Part shown: one piece after another, positions 43,358-57,258 of the stretch
How positions within the stretch are numbered: position 1 is the first letter of the stretch
Layout: every line of letters starts with the position of its first letter
Assembly (NCBI GenBank): GCA_943704425.1
Contig: CALSCP010000519.1
Location: 36,677 to 93,934 of the forward strand
Source of the DNA: Ministeria vibrans ATCC 50519
Taxonomy: Eukaryota; Protista; Filasterea
Direction: 5' to 3'
Length of the DNA stretch: 57,258 nt
Program-made: the position numbers and the translations under genes
Notes under the pieces: model-generated
Seen by the model: the letters and a program-made list of their open reading frames with translations, nothing else
Database searches by the model: none
Told to the model about the DNA's origin: nothing

Positions 43358-44145
43358 CTAATGAAACGCTTCATCGTCGCACGAAGGCAGTCGTACTACG
43401 GAATGGAGGCGGGGCTGGTGAGGCACACCCTTGATGGGCTTCTTACTGAGCCGCAAGTGGCGATTCCACTCGGGACCGACTGAATGTGTGTAGCAGCCAA
43501 AGATGGTCGCAGCATGGTGCATCTGCATTCGCTGGTAGGCCGAAAGACCAGTAAAGGTGACCAGGTCGCGTTCGGTCTGTCGACAGAAGCCTCGGACGAC
43601 AGCACGGCTGACTTCTTCAGGGTGAGTGCGAAAGCGCCGTTGGAACGCATCGTCCGGACAGTAGATGCGGCCTGCCTCGTAGACCTGACCCGATCTCCCG
43701 GTAGACTCGTCATTGACTGTTGCATCGTGCTCGTGGCCATGAAGGAGGCTTGTCAGAGCATGGCTGGCGGCGTGGCGAAGGTTACTCATCATAGCTTTCG
43801 CGCGCGAGTTTGACCGCCCACGGTGCGCGTCAACAAGAGCCTCACTCTCATTCTCGTCTTCCTTATTCGCTTCAAGTTCATCAATAGGTTGTTCTACGTC
43901 GGTCGGCTACAAAGAGTACACGAGAAATTTCCGAGAATAAAGAAGTGCGAGAAAAATTGGAAAATTTAGTAAACAAAAGGCAAAAGTTGGGTCGTGACAG
44001 ACTCGCTTACCGGTTCCATGGTGGCGTCATGCTTTGTTGTTGAGACTTCGTGAGCATCACCGTCGGGAAGGGACACATCGCGCTGTCTTCTCGCCCAAGG
44101 TTTCCTTTTGTTCTGTCCAGCCGTGCGAGTGCCGCGCTTTCCCAT
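43358..44145 (-). CDS. R3H-domain protein
   Basis: FTGLSAYQRMQMHHAATIFGCYTHSVG contains the RxxxH motif. Basic N-terminal exon starts at ATG 44145. Confidence 0.75.
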
Positions 44146-44418
44146 TGGAATCGTGTGTAAGGTGAGGGGAAGAAGGAGACGGTTGCGCGACGATCGGGCA
44201 ATAGGATAGTGGTTTGGGGGAAAAAAGTGTTTTTTTTTAATAGAATCAAGAGACATTGAGACAAGAATGAACTAATGAAGAAAGAAGTCAAGAAGAAGTT
44301 AAGAAGTTTCATTACTCATGATTTTTCGAGGAAGAATGAAGATTGACACGTAGAATTAGTCGCAAAATGAACCAAAGGACCGACGAGGCAACGTAGTTAC
44401 ATGTACAATATACTTTAT

Positions 44419-44753
44419 TCAGTACAACGCGGCTTTTTTTGCCTGGCGTCGGGAGATGGCATAGCCAATGGGGTAGAACAGAACAGGAAGAATGCAGAGC
44501 AGCGTAAGCGCAACAATCAACGGCGGTTGATTGTGTCGTGGAATGTCACACTGTTTGTCGCTCCACACTCGCTATAAAGATTAAGGAAGAAATAGATGTT
44601 GGGAGGTGACTGTATTGCGCTTATTGACGATACCTGCACGTTTGTGACAGTGTCGGCAAATTGAGCGTTGGCTTGGCATGCCTAAGTGGTTGCAACACAC
44701 ACACATACACACATCACAAAGAGACATATATATATATATATCAAAAAGACACA

Positions 44754-44794
<41 letters not shown>

Positions 44795-45410
44795 GGACAG
44801 ACAGAGACAGGAGAACATTAGCACAAATTGACGCTGACCGGATTCACGTACTTCACTCCGTTCAGAGTAGTATTCGAGGAAATTCGAGTAGAACGATTCG
44901 CACACATGACAAACAAGTGTGTTGTTCTTAACTATGTGAGTACAATTGAAGAAGTCGCGCGCCAATTCGTCCGACGTTTCGTACTAATGAAACAAGCGAG
45001 GGCGATTGAGTGAGTCTCAACCAACAGCTCAGTCTCACCTCCGTTTTGGAGCAGTCGTCGCAATGGCTGCTATCCCAGACCCCATGGATGTAGGACGTGG
45101 TCTCGCTGATGGGAATGCTTTCGTTGCAGGCGGGCGGAAGAGCATCCAGCTTTGCCGTGACCGTCTTGTACACTGCGTCACAGAGCTACGCAAGTGTGGC
45201 GCGTGTAAGCGCTGTCGCTTTGCTTGCACACCCACAGACGCATACCTGGCAGTAGGTGACCGGCGTGGCGTTCTCCATGACGCACTTGGTGAAGTTTCCG
45301 CTCAATTCGATGGCGTCGTTGTATTGTGCCTTTCGACATGGTTTGGACGAGGCACTCAGCGACGCGGTCGTCACCACTGCCAGCCAGGCAACGTACACCA
45401 GTACTTTCAT
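44419..45410 (-). CDS. OSTM1: OSTM1-like type I membrane glycoprotein (ClC-7 beta-subunit family), 5 exons
   Basis: Signal peptide. FTKCVMENATPVTYCQ/LC, WDSSHCDDC, FFNC..VCHVCESFYSNF, RVWSDKQCDIP. TM segment LIVALTLLCILPVLFY followed by a basic tail. Confidence 0.8.
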
Positions 45411-45675
45411 CCGTTCAACACACACGCACACACAAAAGAGTGCCAAGTCACGAGTGGCGTTTCACGTCAGTGAGATCAAATTAATCAGTGAACTAACATT
45501 GGTGTCTTGTCCCATCACTCACTCCACACCCACTCATTTTTTCTGATATTTCGCGGGGCCCGTTGTCAGAGCCACTAGTCAGCACTCCGCAGCCACCGCT
45601 ACTACTTCGTACTTACGGCGCGTGCGGGTTGAATCGGACACACGGTTCGATTGATCGACTCGCCCAGCAGATAGG

Positions 45676-46649
<974 letters not shown>

Positions 46650-47023
46650 CAAATGAGCACATTATCTGTACAAGAAGAAGATATATATTTTATCATATTT
46701 CACTGCATTCAGAAGACCTCCGACGGTCCGAGTCGCTGACGAGTCACAAAACACGTATTGGTTTGATCACTGTCGTCAGGCATCACACAGCTCAAGGCTG
46801 AGCAGGTCTGGGCTGTCAAAAACATATTAATTGTTAAATTCATCGGGTTTCACAGTTTACACTGGGTTAAATAATTAATAATTAAATAGGACATGAGTTT
46901 GGCACACTCTATGACTCTAAAGTTTAAAGTGCGCCAATAGGAATCATATTAAAATAGGTACAATTTTTTTTTCAAATTTTATCTGAATAAAATTATTATT
47001 CTCAAATTCTCATTTTTTCTTCG

Positions 47024-49734
<2,711 letters not shown>

Positions 49735-49822
49735 TGGAATAATTACAGTATAAAAGTGTCATTTTTGTACAGACAAAGCACTATATTTGTTTGTTGTGCG
49801 TGGGATTGTGGTGGGTGGCGTG

Positions 49823-50449
49823 CTAGGCAAGACATCGTTCGACAAGCTGTAGCATCGTGGGGTTCTCGATGGCAGCTTGCGCGCGCTCTTTGTCGTTGAT
49901 TCGTTTGTTGACTAAAACACGGGATGAGCGAAAATCTCATGATTGCAATCTTCTTTGGCGTTGACATACTGTCCTCTTCCGTGCTGTGCGATCCTTTGGT
50001 CACTTGCAAGTCCAACTAAAGCGTGATCGCAGCAGACGGGGAATGAACACCCAGATGTCGCATATGATATGACTCACCTTGAAGGGTTCGTCAAGCACAC
50101 GTTCCAGCTTGACGCGTAGAAAGAGCCCAATGGTGGCGGCCAGCGAGCAGTGGGGCACGGTGGGCGTAAATGAAATCCATATTCTCGTCGAGGCGAGGCC
50201 GTCCGAGGGAGCTGTGACTTTGACGAGAGCGAGTGAGACCACTTTGAGTTCCTCGAGAGTGTGCGGATGTTCTGGATCCTAAAACACGACTTGTCAGCGC
50301 CTTCTAGGCCTCTCGCATGAATGGGAGCGTACCTTGATATCGCGTATGTAGTCAAATACCTCTTCGGCCGAGAGTGCAAGCGAGTAGGGAGCGGCGGGGG
50401 CGCGAGGAGCATCCGGCGCAAACACTTGCGGATTGGGATTGTCTAACAT
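49823..50449 (-). CDS. CIAO2A: Cytosolic Fe-S assembly component CIA2 (MIP18 family, FAM96A-like), 4 exons
   Basis: IRDIKDPEHPHTLEELKVV, FTPTVPHCSLAATIGL, GSHSTEE, INKRINDKERAQAAIEN. Confidence 0.9.
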
Positions 50450-50632
50450 CGCAAAGCAACGCCGCTCTTCAACAAAGATCAACAAAGAGTAATCAGTGTG
50501 TCTTTAGTGTTTGCACTTTGGTAAAATAAAAAAATGAAAAGTAGCAACAGTATTCAGTCTCAAATCAACAATGGACGATCGATTGACGGGCACTGACCAC
50601 TATTTTCTTATTCTTCTTTGTTTTCTTTCGTT

Positions 50633-51700
50633 ATGTCTCGGCTACTGATCTACCTCGACGTGAACAAAACGGTTATTATGGAAGATCCGGCTGGTGGCAA
50701 ATCAAAGGAGGTGTGGCAAGAGAATCAATGGTCCAATGTGGTGAGACGTTTTCTTGTTAGGACGTCATTTCGGACATTATTGTGGAGCACCTGTACGGCA
50801 AAGTGGACGAAGCAGGAGAATTCACCAGCGCTCGTCTTGATTTTGACAGTGCATTGGCCGACGACAGTGAGATTTCGTACAAAACGTATTTGTGCGACCA
50901 TCGCCATCCCTTTCCACAACATCCGCCCACCGCGTCAAAACAAGACATTCTCGCCGCCAACCGACTCGCCAAGGTACACTCAACAGCCTTGTTACTGCCA
51001 CTATTGTCTGACGAGCGGCCCATCGCGATCGCCTGTGTCGCCGTAGAGTCTTCGAAACGACGCAGTCAGAAATGTGTTTGACGAAGCGCACTCGCTGCAC
51101 ACGGAGGATCTGCGCAACGCCTTTACAAGTCTTGTGTCACACATGGATCATGATCGCATGCTCGTCCCTGCCTTTTACCGACTCGTGGAGCATTTGGACG
51201 AGAAATTTCCCCGACAGTACACTCTGTGCTTTCGCACGTTTGGCGAAGACCTCGATCGAATCAGCGAAGAGCTGCGCACACAAGGTTTTCCTGTGGATCT
51301 TCGTGGGAAACTGGAGCGAAGCGACACCGAGACTCGACTGGTGGTGGAGGGACAGACAGAGATTGTGGGAATGACGCGCATTGCGGAGTTTCTGCAAGGC
51401 CGGCAGGAGCGGGTGATTGCCATTCGCGACGACTACAACCACTGGTCGGCGAATGGCGAGGCGGCGCACGCCGGAAAGGTCTTCTTCAGCGACACGGACA
51501 CACAGCGGACGGTCTTCTTTGACGACAATGCAGGCGAGTCAATTCTCGATCTGCGCTGTGCGCGCTCAGGCGAGCCTCTGACGTTGGAAGGGTCTGTGCG
51601 CGACGCTCATGCCGTTGCCGTACGGCCCATCGAAGTCATCAAGAACCACAATTATTTTGTTGAGCAGTTGGAGCGTGTTCTTCAACTCAAGAGTCAGTGA
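50633..51700 (+). CDS. Uncharacterised HAD-like protein, 3 exons
   Basis: LIYLDVNKTVIMED (motif I-like), LCFRTFGED (motif II-like), AGKVF, VFFDDN (motif IV-like). Confidence 0.7.
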
Positions 51701-51879
51701 TTGCATGATACACCCCAATACATAATAGTTTTTGTATTACAACAGTTTTTGACCATTATTCGTGTTTTATCTTCAATCTTGAGTCTTCTCACTCTTCTGA
51801 GACCTGAGTAATCATTTATCATTTTTTTTTGCAAGTCTTGTCTGCTACCCCCACCCTTGCTTTACTACAGTCTGCAAGC

Positions 51880-52497
51880 ATGACGTCGTCTCCAGCGTGC
51901 ACCTTCAATGTGATTGCCGAGCCAGACACACTCGCGGGCAATGCCACCGCCGTCCGCGAACACTACAACAAACTGGGCGAGTCGACGGCCGACCGCAACG
52001 AGAGCGACGTACTCTCATTGAGGCAGTACAACAACTGGGTGAAAAGCGTTCTTCTTCAGGTGAGGTGGCGCTGAAATGTGTCGCATCCAATATTGCCCAA
52101 TCGACTTCTCTCTCTCTCCCTCTCTCTCTCGTTCTGTCGAGCCCCAAGCGTTTGGACTCTTTCTCAACACCCATGTGTCATGTCTAAACACTGTTGTCGC
52201 ACCCTGTTTTCTGTCAGGAGAGCGGTGTGCTGCGCCAGCCAGGCGGTCGCGTTCTCGACCTGTGCGGCGGTCGTGGAGGCGATTTGCCCAAGTTTGGCAA
52301 GTCCAATGTGCGCCTTGTGGTTGCCGTGGACGTTAGCGACGAGTCCTTGAGAGTACTCATGGAAAGACAAACGGAAAAGGAAAGCCAACAATTTTTCTAT
52401 TTCTGCGTAGAGGTACACAGAGCGCCATCGATTGGCTCAAGAGCGACCGCGCGCGGCCAATCTGGAGCTGCACGCGTTTGCTGGAGACTGTGGTGCT
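51880..52497 (+). CDS. RNMT: mRNA cap guanine-N7 methyltransferase, 5' half only (truncated at repeat/gap)
   Basis: VREHYN..RNESDVLSLRQYNNWVKSVLL. SAM-binding motif VLDLCGGRGGDLPKF. VAVDVSDES, FAGDC. Confidence 0.88.
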
Positions 52498-52550
52498 GTA
52501 CGACTGTCCGAAAGTGGTTGCTACACGTCATTGGTACAGGAATTCGATCA

Positions 52551-52766
<216 letters not shown>

Positions 52767-52803
52767 TTCTTTCCTATTCAATGTTGCTCCTTGTCTTGGT
52801 CAG

Positions 52804-54136
52804 AACACTATCAAAGCCTTGGGTGCGCGGCTTGTGTCGGTCCGCAAGAGCGTCCAGGACGAGACGAAGCGTCGTGACAATCTGGAAAAGGACATGGGTG
52901 GGCTGGAGAAGCTTAGGAAGACGTACACCGAAAACCCCGCCATGGGCAATCCGGTAAGAAATGCGACTTTGTGCCGTGCATTTTTGTGTGTTCTTTTTCT
53001 CTTGCTATAAATCGCTACCTTACTACTTTTGCTATTCGACAGGTTGACATCGAAATGAAACTGGTCGAGATGCGACGAGAGCATCGCACAATATCGCTTC
53101 AAATTGTCTCTGATTACGCTCAGCTGGAATTCATCCAGGCGAAGAACCAGGAACACGGCGACATCATCACAAGCGCACTGGACACGCCCGTTGACACCAT
53201 TATGACTCTTTCTCCCGCGTCACGCACACACTCGCAGCTTACTCGTTTTGCGGGCTCAACGTCCTCTGCCAAGCAAACGCTTTCGTACATGTCCAGTTCA
53301 TCCAACCCTGCGTCGCCACTCACAACCCGCCACGAGATGACGCTCACGCCTTCGTCACCCACGCCGAATCGCGCCAACTCTGGCGTGCTCGATCTCTCTT
53401 CCGGGTCTCAAATGAATCACGGCGACAAAAGTAGTGTCATTGTTGACGACGACGATGATAACTTTGAAGCTGATGTTATTTTTGAGCATGTGGGCCCGCG
53501 ACCCACGTCGACACGCACACTCAGCACTGACTCCGATTCGAAACGCACGCGAGGCTCTCCCTCGAGCTCGCGCGCTCATAGCGTATCCCAACTCACTATT
53601 TCCCGTCCAATTTCAACAGTCACCACCGCAAACGTCTCGGCACCGGCCTCTCCCGCCGTGGCTGGTGCCAAACCCACTGTCGCTGCCAACAAGCCCAAAC
53701 CATCCATTTTGGGCAACAAGCCCACCTTCCGACCGCCAACGTATGGCTCACCTGCCGCAAAAAAGCCCAGCTCCACCCGCAAGTCATCTGTCCCAACTCT
53801 CGAAGATGTCTCAGGTTTGCCTCCTCTCGAAGACGCCTCCGGTGACGACGACCCAACTATCATCGAGCCCGAGGCATCGGCTGCCGACTCCGCAGTCGCA
53901 GCGAAAAACGCACTGCAGAGACTCAGCTTGCCCGAGACGGACTTGCGCGCAGCTTCAGACGACCAAGACAGCTCCTACACTGCCCTCTACGACTTTTCTC
54001 CCACTGGTCCCGATGAGATTTCTCTTGTGGCCGGTGAACCACTCGTCGTGGAAGATTCCTCTGACCCAGAGTGGTTTTGTGTAAGAAAGAAAACAGAAAC
54101 TAAAAGCAATTTTAAACATAATAATAATAATAATTC

Positions 54137-54201
<65 letters not shown>

Positions 54202-54638
54202 TTTTGTACTACTAATGTTTCGCTTTTTTGTTATATACTTTAGGTGCGACTGGCCAACGGCACGCGTGGGCACGTTCCCGCTCTTTATGTGGCGCCCGTC
54301 AGTGATCCCGCCGCCGCTGGACGACCCCTTCCCAAAGCAAGTGCAAACGCTCCTGCTGAGGCCACTATTGCCGAAGTGCCCAGTGTGCCCCGCGTCGTGG
54401 CTGAGTTTGACTACACTGCCAGAACTGACGAAGAGCTCACCATTGTGTACGTGTCCACAATCATGACTGTGATATTATTAACAATATTTTCTCATCTGTG
54501 TCTCCTCTCGTTTCGTCCTATAGCGCCGGCGACATCATGACTGTGATTGGGGATGCAGGTGAGGGTTGGTCCCACGTGGAGTTCAACGGAAGGAATGGTC
54601 TTGTGCCAACGACTTACATCGTAGAAATTGTTGAATGA
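52804..54638 (+). CDS. 3' part of an HR1-like + two-SH3 protein (F-BAR family such as Bzz1/FCHSD probable); 5' part missing
   Basis: LEKDMGGLEKLRKTYTENPAMGNP resembles the post-F-BAR/HR1 motif. SH3 #1: ALYDFSPTGPDEISL..EWF..GHVPALYV. SH3 #2: AEFDYTARTDEELTI..EGW..GLVPTTYI. Confidence 0.8.
54118..54200. repeat. (AAT)n microsatellite in intron
   Basis: Seen directly. Confidence 0.95.
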
Positions 54639-54683
54639 ACTAAAATAATCTTGCATGATTGTGTATAATAATAATGTTTATTG

Positions 54684-54723
<40 letters not shown>

Positions 54724-54745
54724 GTATTATCGGTGTTCGTTTTAA

Positions 54746-56167
54746 TTAAATTTGCGGGAGGAGCCGAAAGCCAAGCTGCATGAGCCGACGCGTCTCGGTA
54801 AACGCCACGTCGGCGTTCCAGGCGTGCGTCCCATCCGCGTCAGCACTCATCTTAGAAGTGTCACACGACTTTATGTGCAGTTGAATGTCGTATGATATCG
54901 GTAGCTCGCGCTGCCTGTCGTAGTTCCGCTGGCGCACGAGGGCCATGTTGACCTCAAGCGTTGGGGCGCCGTCATTGGTAACGGAAAAGGAAACTCGACT
55001 GACTATGTTACGCAGGCAGTTGCATGTCAGCGTCGGCGTTAGGCCTGCGCGACGCATGCGGAGCGTCTCCACTTCAAAAAGGTCGTTTTGCTCGAGCTCC
55101 GTGAGTGCCGTCTGAATCGCATCGGCCGCTGGCCCTTCCTCTTCCACTTCAAATACGCTCTTGACAGCCAGGCGCAGGTCGCAGGCGGCGCCGAGCATTG
55201 CAAAGTCACGCATTGACTTGCGCTTCGACGTGCGCACCAACTTAACAGAGTACGCGCCTGTATCGTGGTCGTAGTTGACTACAAACTTGCGGTCTTCGGC
55301 GCCCCTTTGTTCAGCGTAGTACACATGTATTGCGGTGCTCATGGAATCCGCTTCGCTCTCATCGACCGTATCAAAGCCGCTCTCGAGCGTGCTGCGCAGT
55401 CGCTGTCGCGTCGCGTCAAAGACATCGCGCGCGTCATCAAGCGTCCTCGGAGAAGAAATTGCCGCCTTAAAGTTGCTGACGGTTTTCCCGCGATGCACCA
55501 TGTAATTGCGTACGTTTGCAACGGTCACTTCAGGCTCGCGCCTCATGGTGTTAGGCAACAAAAACGTGAGCATGCCAAAGTCGAGGCTGACTGAGTACGC
55601 CAACGGCTGCTCGTCATCCCCGCCGTCCGGGAGCCTCAGCTCGCGCTGCAAGCTGGCCATGACGCTGACGTGCGTCTCGTGATTGAGGAAAAACATGCCC
55701 ACGTGTTTCCGCTGGCGCTGCAACTCGCGCGCACCGGCCAATTCATCATTGGTGAAGTGCAGTTCGTGACTTGTGGCTGTCTCCGCAATCTCGGAAAATC
55801 GCTCCTGCTCCACACGCGGCTCCATCACGCGGACTTGGTCGCCATTTGGTTGATCACCAAGCTGAATGAGCTGCTCGTCCGTGCATGGATGCGTGCGCGG
55901 CGCGACAGTCGCAAAGTATTGCTCGCGCAAGCCGACATTGAATTGTGGCCGAGCATTGCCATGCCCGACTCCGCGTCCACCGCCGCGCCCGCGTGCTGGT
56001 CCACCGTCACGTCCGCGTGCTGGTCCGCCGTAGTCGCGTCCGCCGCCACGTCCGGCAAAACGTCCTCCGCTCTGTCCCGCATAAGCCCCTGTGCCCCGTC
56101 CGCCGCCTCGACCGGAAAAAAAACTTGCGCCCCGTCCACCGCCGTTGTATTGCACAGCGTCCGCCAT
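54746..56167 (-). CDS. Intronless orphan of about 473 aa: RGG-rich N-terminus + possible degenerate CYTH/triphosphate-tunnel domain
   Basis: ATG at 56167 opens a long ORF. GRGGGRG repeats. Motif order SLDFG, DLRLAVKS, SRVSF, EVNMALV, SYDIQLH. Confidence 0.65.
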   Translation of the reverse strand: MADAVQYNGGGRGASFFSGRGGGRGTGAYAGQSGGRFAGRGGGRDYGGPARGRDGGPARGRGGGRGVGHGNARPQFNVGLREQYFATVAPRTHPCTDEQLIQLGDQPNGDQVRVMEPRVEQERFSEIAETATSHELHFTNDELAGARELQRQRKHVGMFFLNHETHVSVMASLQRELRLPDGGDDEQPLAYSVSLDFGMLTFLLPNTMRREPEVTVANVRNYMVHRGKTVSNFKAAISSPRTLDDARDVFDATRQRLRSTLESGFDTVDESEADSMSTAIHVYYAEQRGAEDRKFVVNYDHDTGAYSVKLVRTSKRKSMRDFAMLGAACDLRLAVKSVFEVEEEGPAADAIQTALTELEQNDLFEVETLRMRRAGLTPTLTCNCLRNIVSRVSFSVTNDGAPTLEVNMALVRQRNYDRQRELPISYDIQLHIKSCDTSKMSADADGTHAWNADVAFTETRRLMQLGFRLLPQI

Positions 56168-56832
56168 TAGTAATTCAGTATTGTAAAGGAAGTTTGAGAT
56201 TGAGTCTTTTGAGATGTGAGAAAAAGACTGATTTCTTTCAGGGGTTTGATGAACGAAAAGTCCTACCTTTTCGAGGTTGATGCTGAAAAAAACAATTTTG
56301 GCCAAGAACAAAAAAAATTCCCAAGAAAAATCATTATTACGTCATCATAGTTGACGCCCTACTTTGTACTTAAGTACGGAGTCGGGAGTACGGACTACGG
56401 AGTTTTGTGTGAGCTGCGAAGTACGGTCTGTCTGTAGTCTGGCACTGTATGGAGCGGCGAGCTGATCGGCGAGGTGCCCACTGCGGACGCTGAATCTACT
56501 ACTCAGGCTTCAGAGTACAGAGTCCACTGACTCCAGTCCAGTCAATCCACAATTGACTCTTGTCGTTTCCTTTCTGCCGAATTAGTATATGTAACTTGAC
56601 TTTCGTACGCGACAGCTTTATTTGGGGCGAATTGAGCAAGCATGGAGAAGGAGATCGAACGGACGAAAGGTTTGCTTTTTCTCTGACCCCCTCAACCAAC
56701 AACGTCTTTCGTTCATTCGCGCTCGACATGGGGAGCGCATTAGCGCCATGACAGTAATGCGTGGCCTTGCGGTTTTAGCCTTATCATACCTCTTTGGCCC
56801 TTGAGCGCGTTTTTTTTTTGTTTCTCTATCAG

Positions 56833-57258
56833 GGGCCATTGAGCAACAGGCGGCCGATATCGCTCAGCTGCAGCGCACCATCGGGGCCTTGGAGACGCAG
56901 ATCAAGAATGCGAGAGAGAGAGGCGAGGACGTGACGTTGCTGGAAGAGGACCGGCGCGAAGAAAAGAAGCGACTGACAGCCAAAGAGCAGTCATTGGCCG
57001 CCAAAAAGCAGTCGTTGGCCGCCAGAGAGCAGTTGTTGGCCGCCAGAGAGCAGTTGTTGGCTATTGACAAGCAGCAGAAGGACAAAGCCAGTAAGGATGT
57101 GAACGGGAAAGCAATGCTCACCAGAATACTATTGCAGCTCGAGACTTCACGGTGCAGATGTGGGACGATTGGCGCAGCAGTAGTAAGGTGGCGTCAACAT
57201 GGAGCGATCTGAGGGCGACTGTGGCGGCCACTCTCAAACTGGACCCCAGCAACTTCAA
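56833..57258 (+). CDS. Partial gene with N-terminal coiled coil; likely continues off the right edge
   Basis: AIEQQAADIAQLQRTIGALETQIK..AKEQSLAAKKQSLAAREQLLAAREQLL follows a polypyrimidine/AG acceptor. Confidence 0.5.
56979..57062 (+). repeat. 4 x 21-bp coding tandem repeat (heptad A-K/R-E/K-Q-S/L-L-A)
   Basis: gccaaagagcagtcattggcc / gccaaaaagcagtcgttggcc / gccagagagcagttgttggcc / gccagagagcagttgttggct. Confidence 0.9.

Overview
Gene-dense eukaryotic scaffold window with GT-AG spliceosomal introns, GC/CpG-rich exons, AT-rich or microsatellite-filled introns, and intergenic spacers of about 70-400 bp. The gene content (novel-class PKC with N-terminal C2 domain, OSTM1, BRWD/PHIP, FG-GAP/EGF protein) suggests a unicellular holozoan-like protist; this is inference. 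I reconstructed about 25 protein-coding genes by joining exons by eye: PEPD, granulin-Kelch protein, ACC, CTU1, C2-like/PQY protein, CRAL-TRIO protein, R-SNARE, FG-GAP/EGF protein, NOL8-like, sterol glucosyltransferase, nPKC, MAD1, BRWD, MacroD, VPS9 GEF, R3H protein, OSTM1, TVP23, LENG8, CIAO2A, HAD-like protein, RNMT (5' part), HR1-SH3-SH3 protein (3' part), an RGG plus CYTH-like orphan, and a partial coiled-coil gene. No rRNA, tRNA, CRISPR array or transposase was seen. The most interesting observations are: (1) a sterol/lipid glucosyltransferase with a C-terminal dysferlin (DysF) domain hidden in small exons; (2) a synaptobrevin-type R-SNARE with no transmembrane or longin domain that ends in a CaaX box and has its ATG split by an intron; (3) a secreted granulin-Kelch fusion; (4) an RGG plus degenerate triphosphate-tunnel orphan; (5) an OSTM1 homologue; (6) a recurrent TCAGT initiator-like motif in the tiny promoters. 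All family assignments come from remembered motifs, not database searches.
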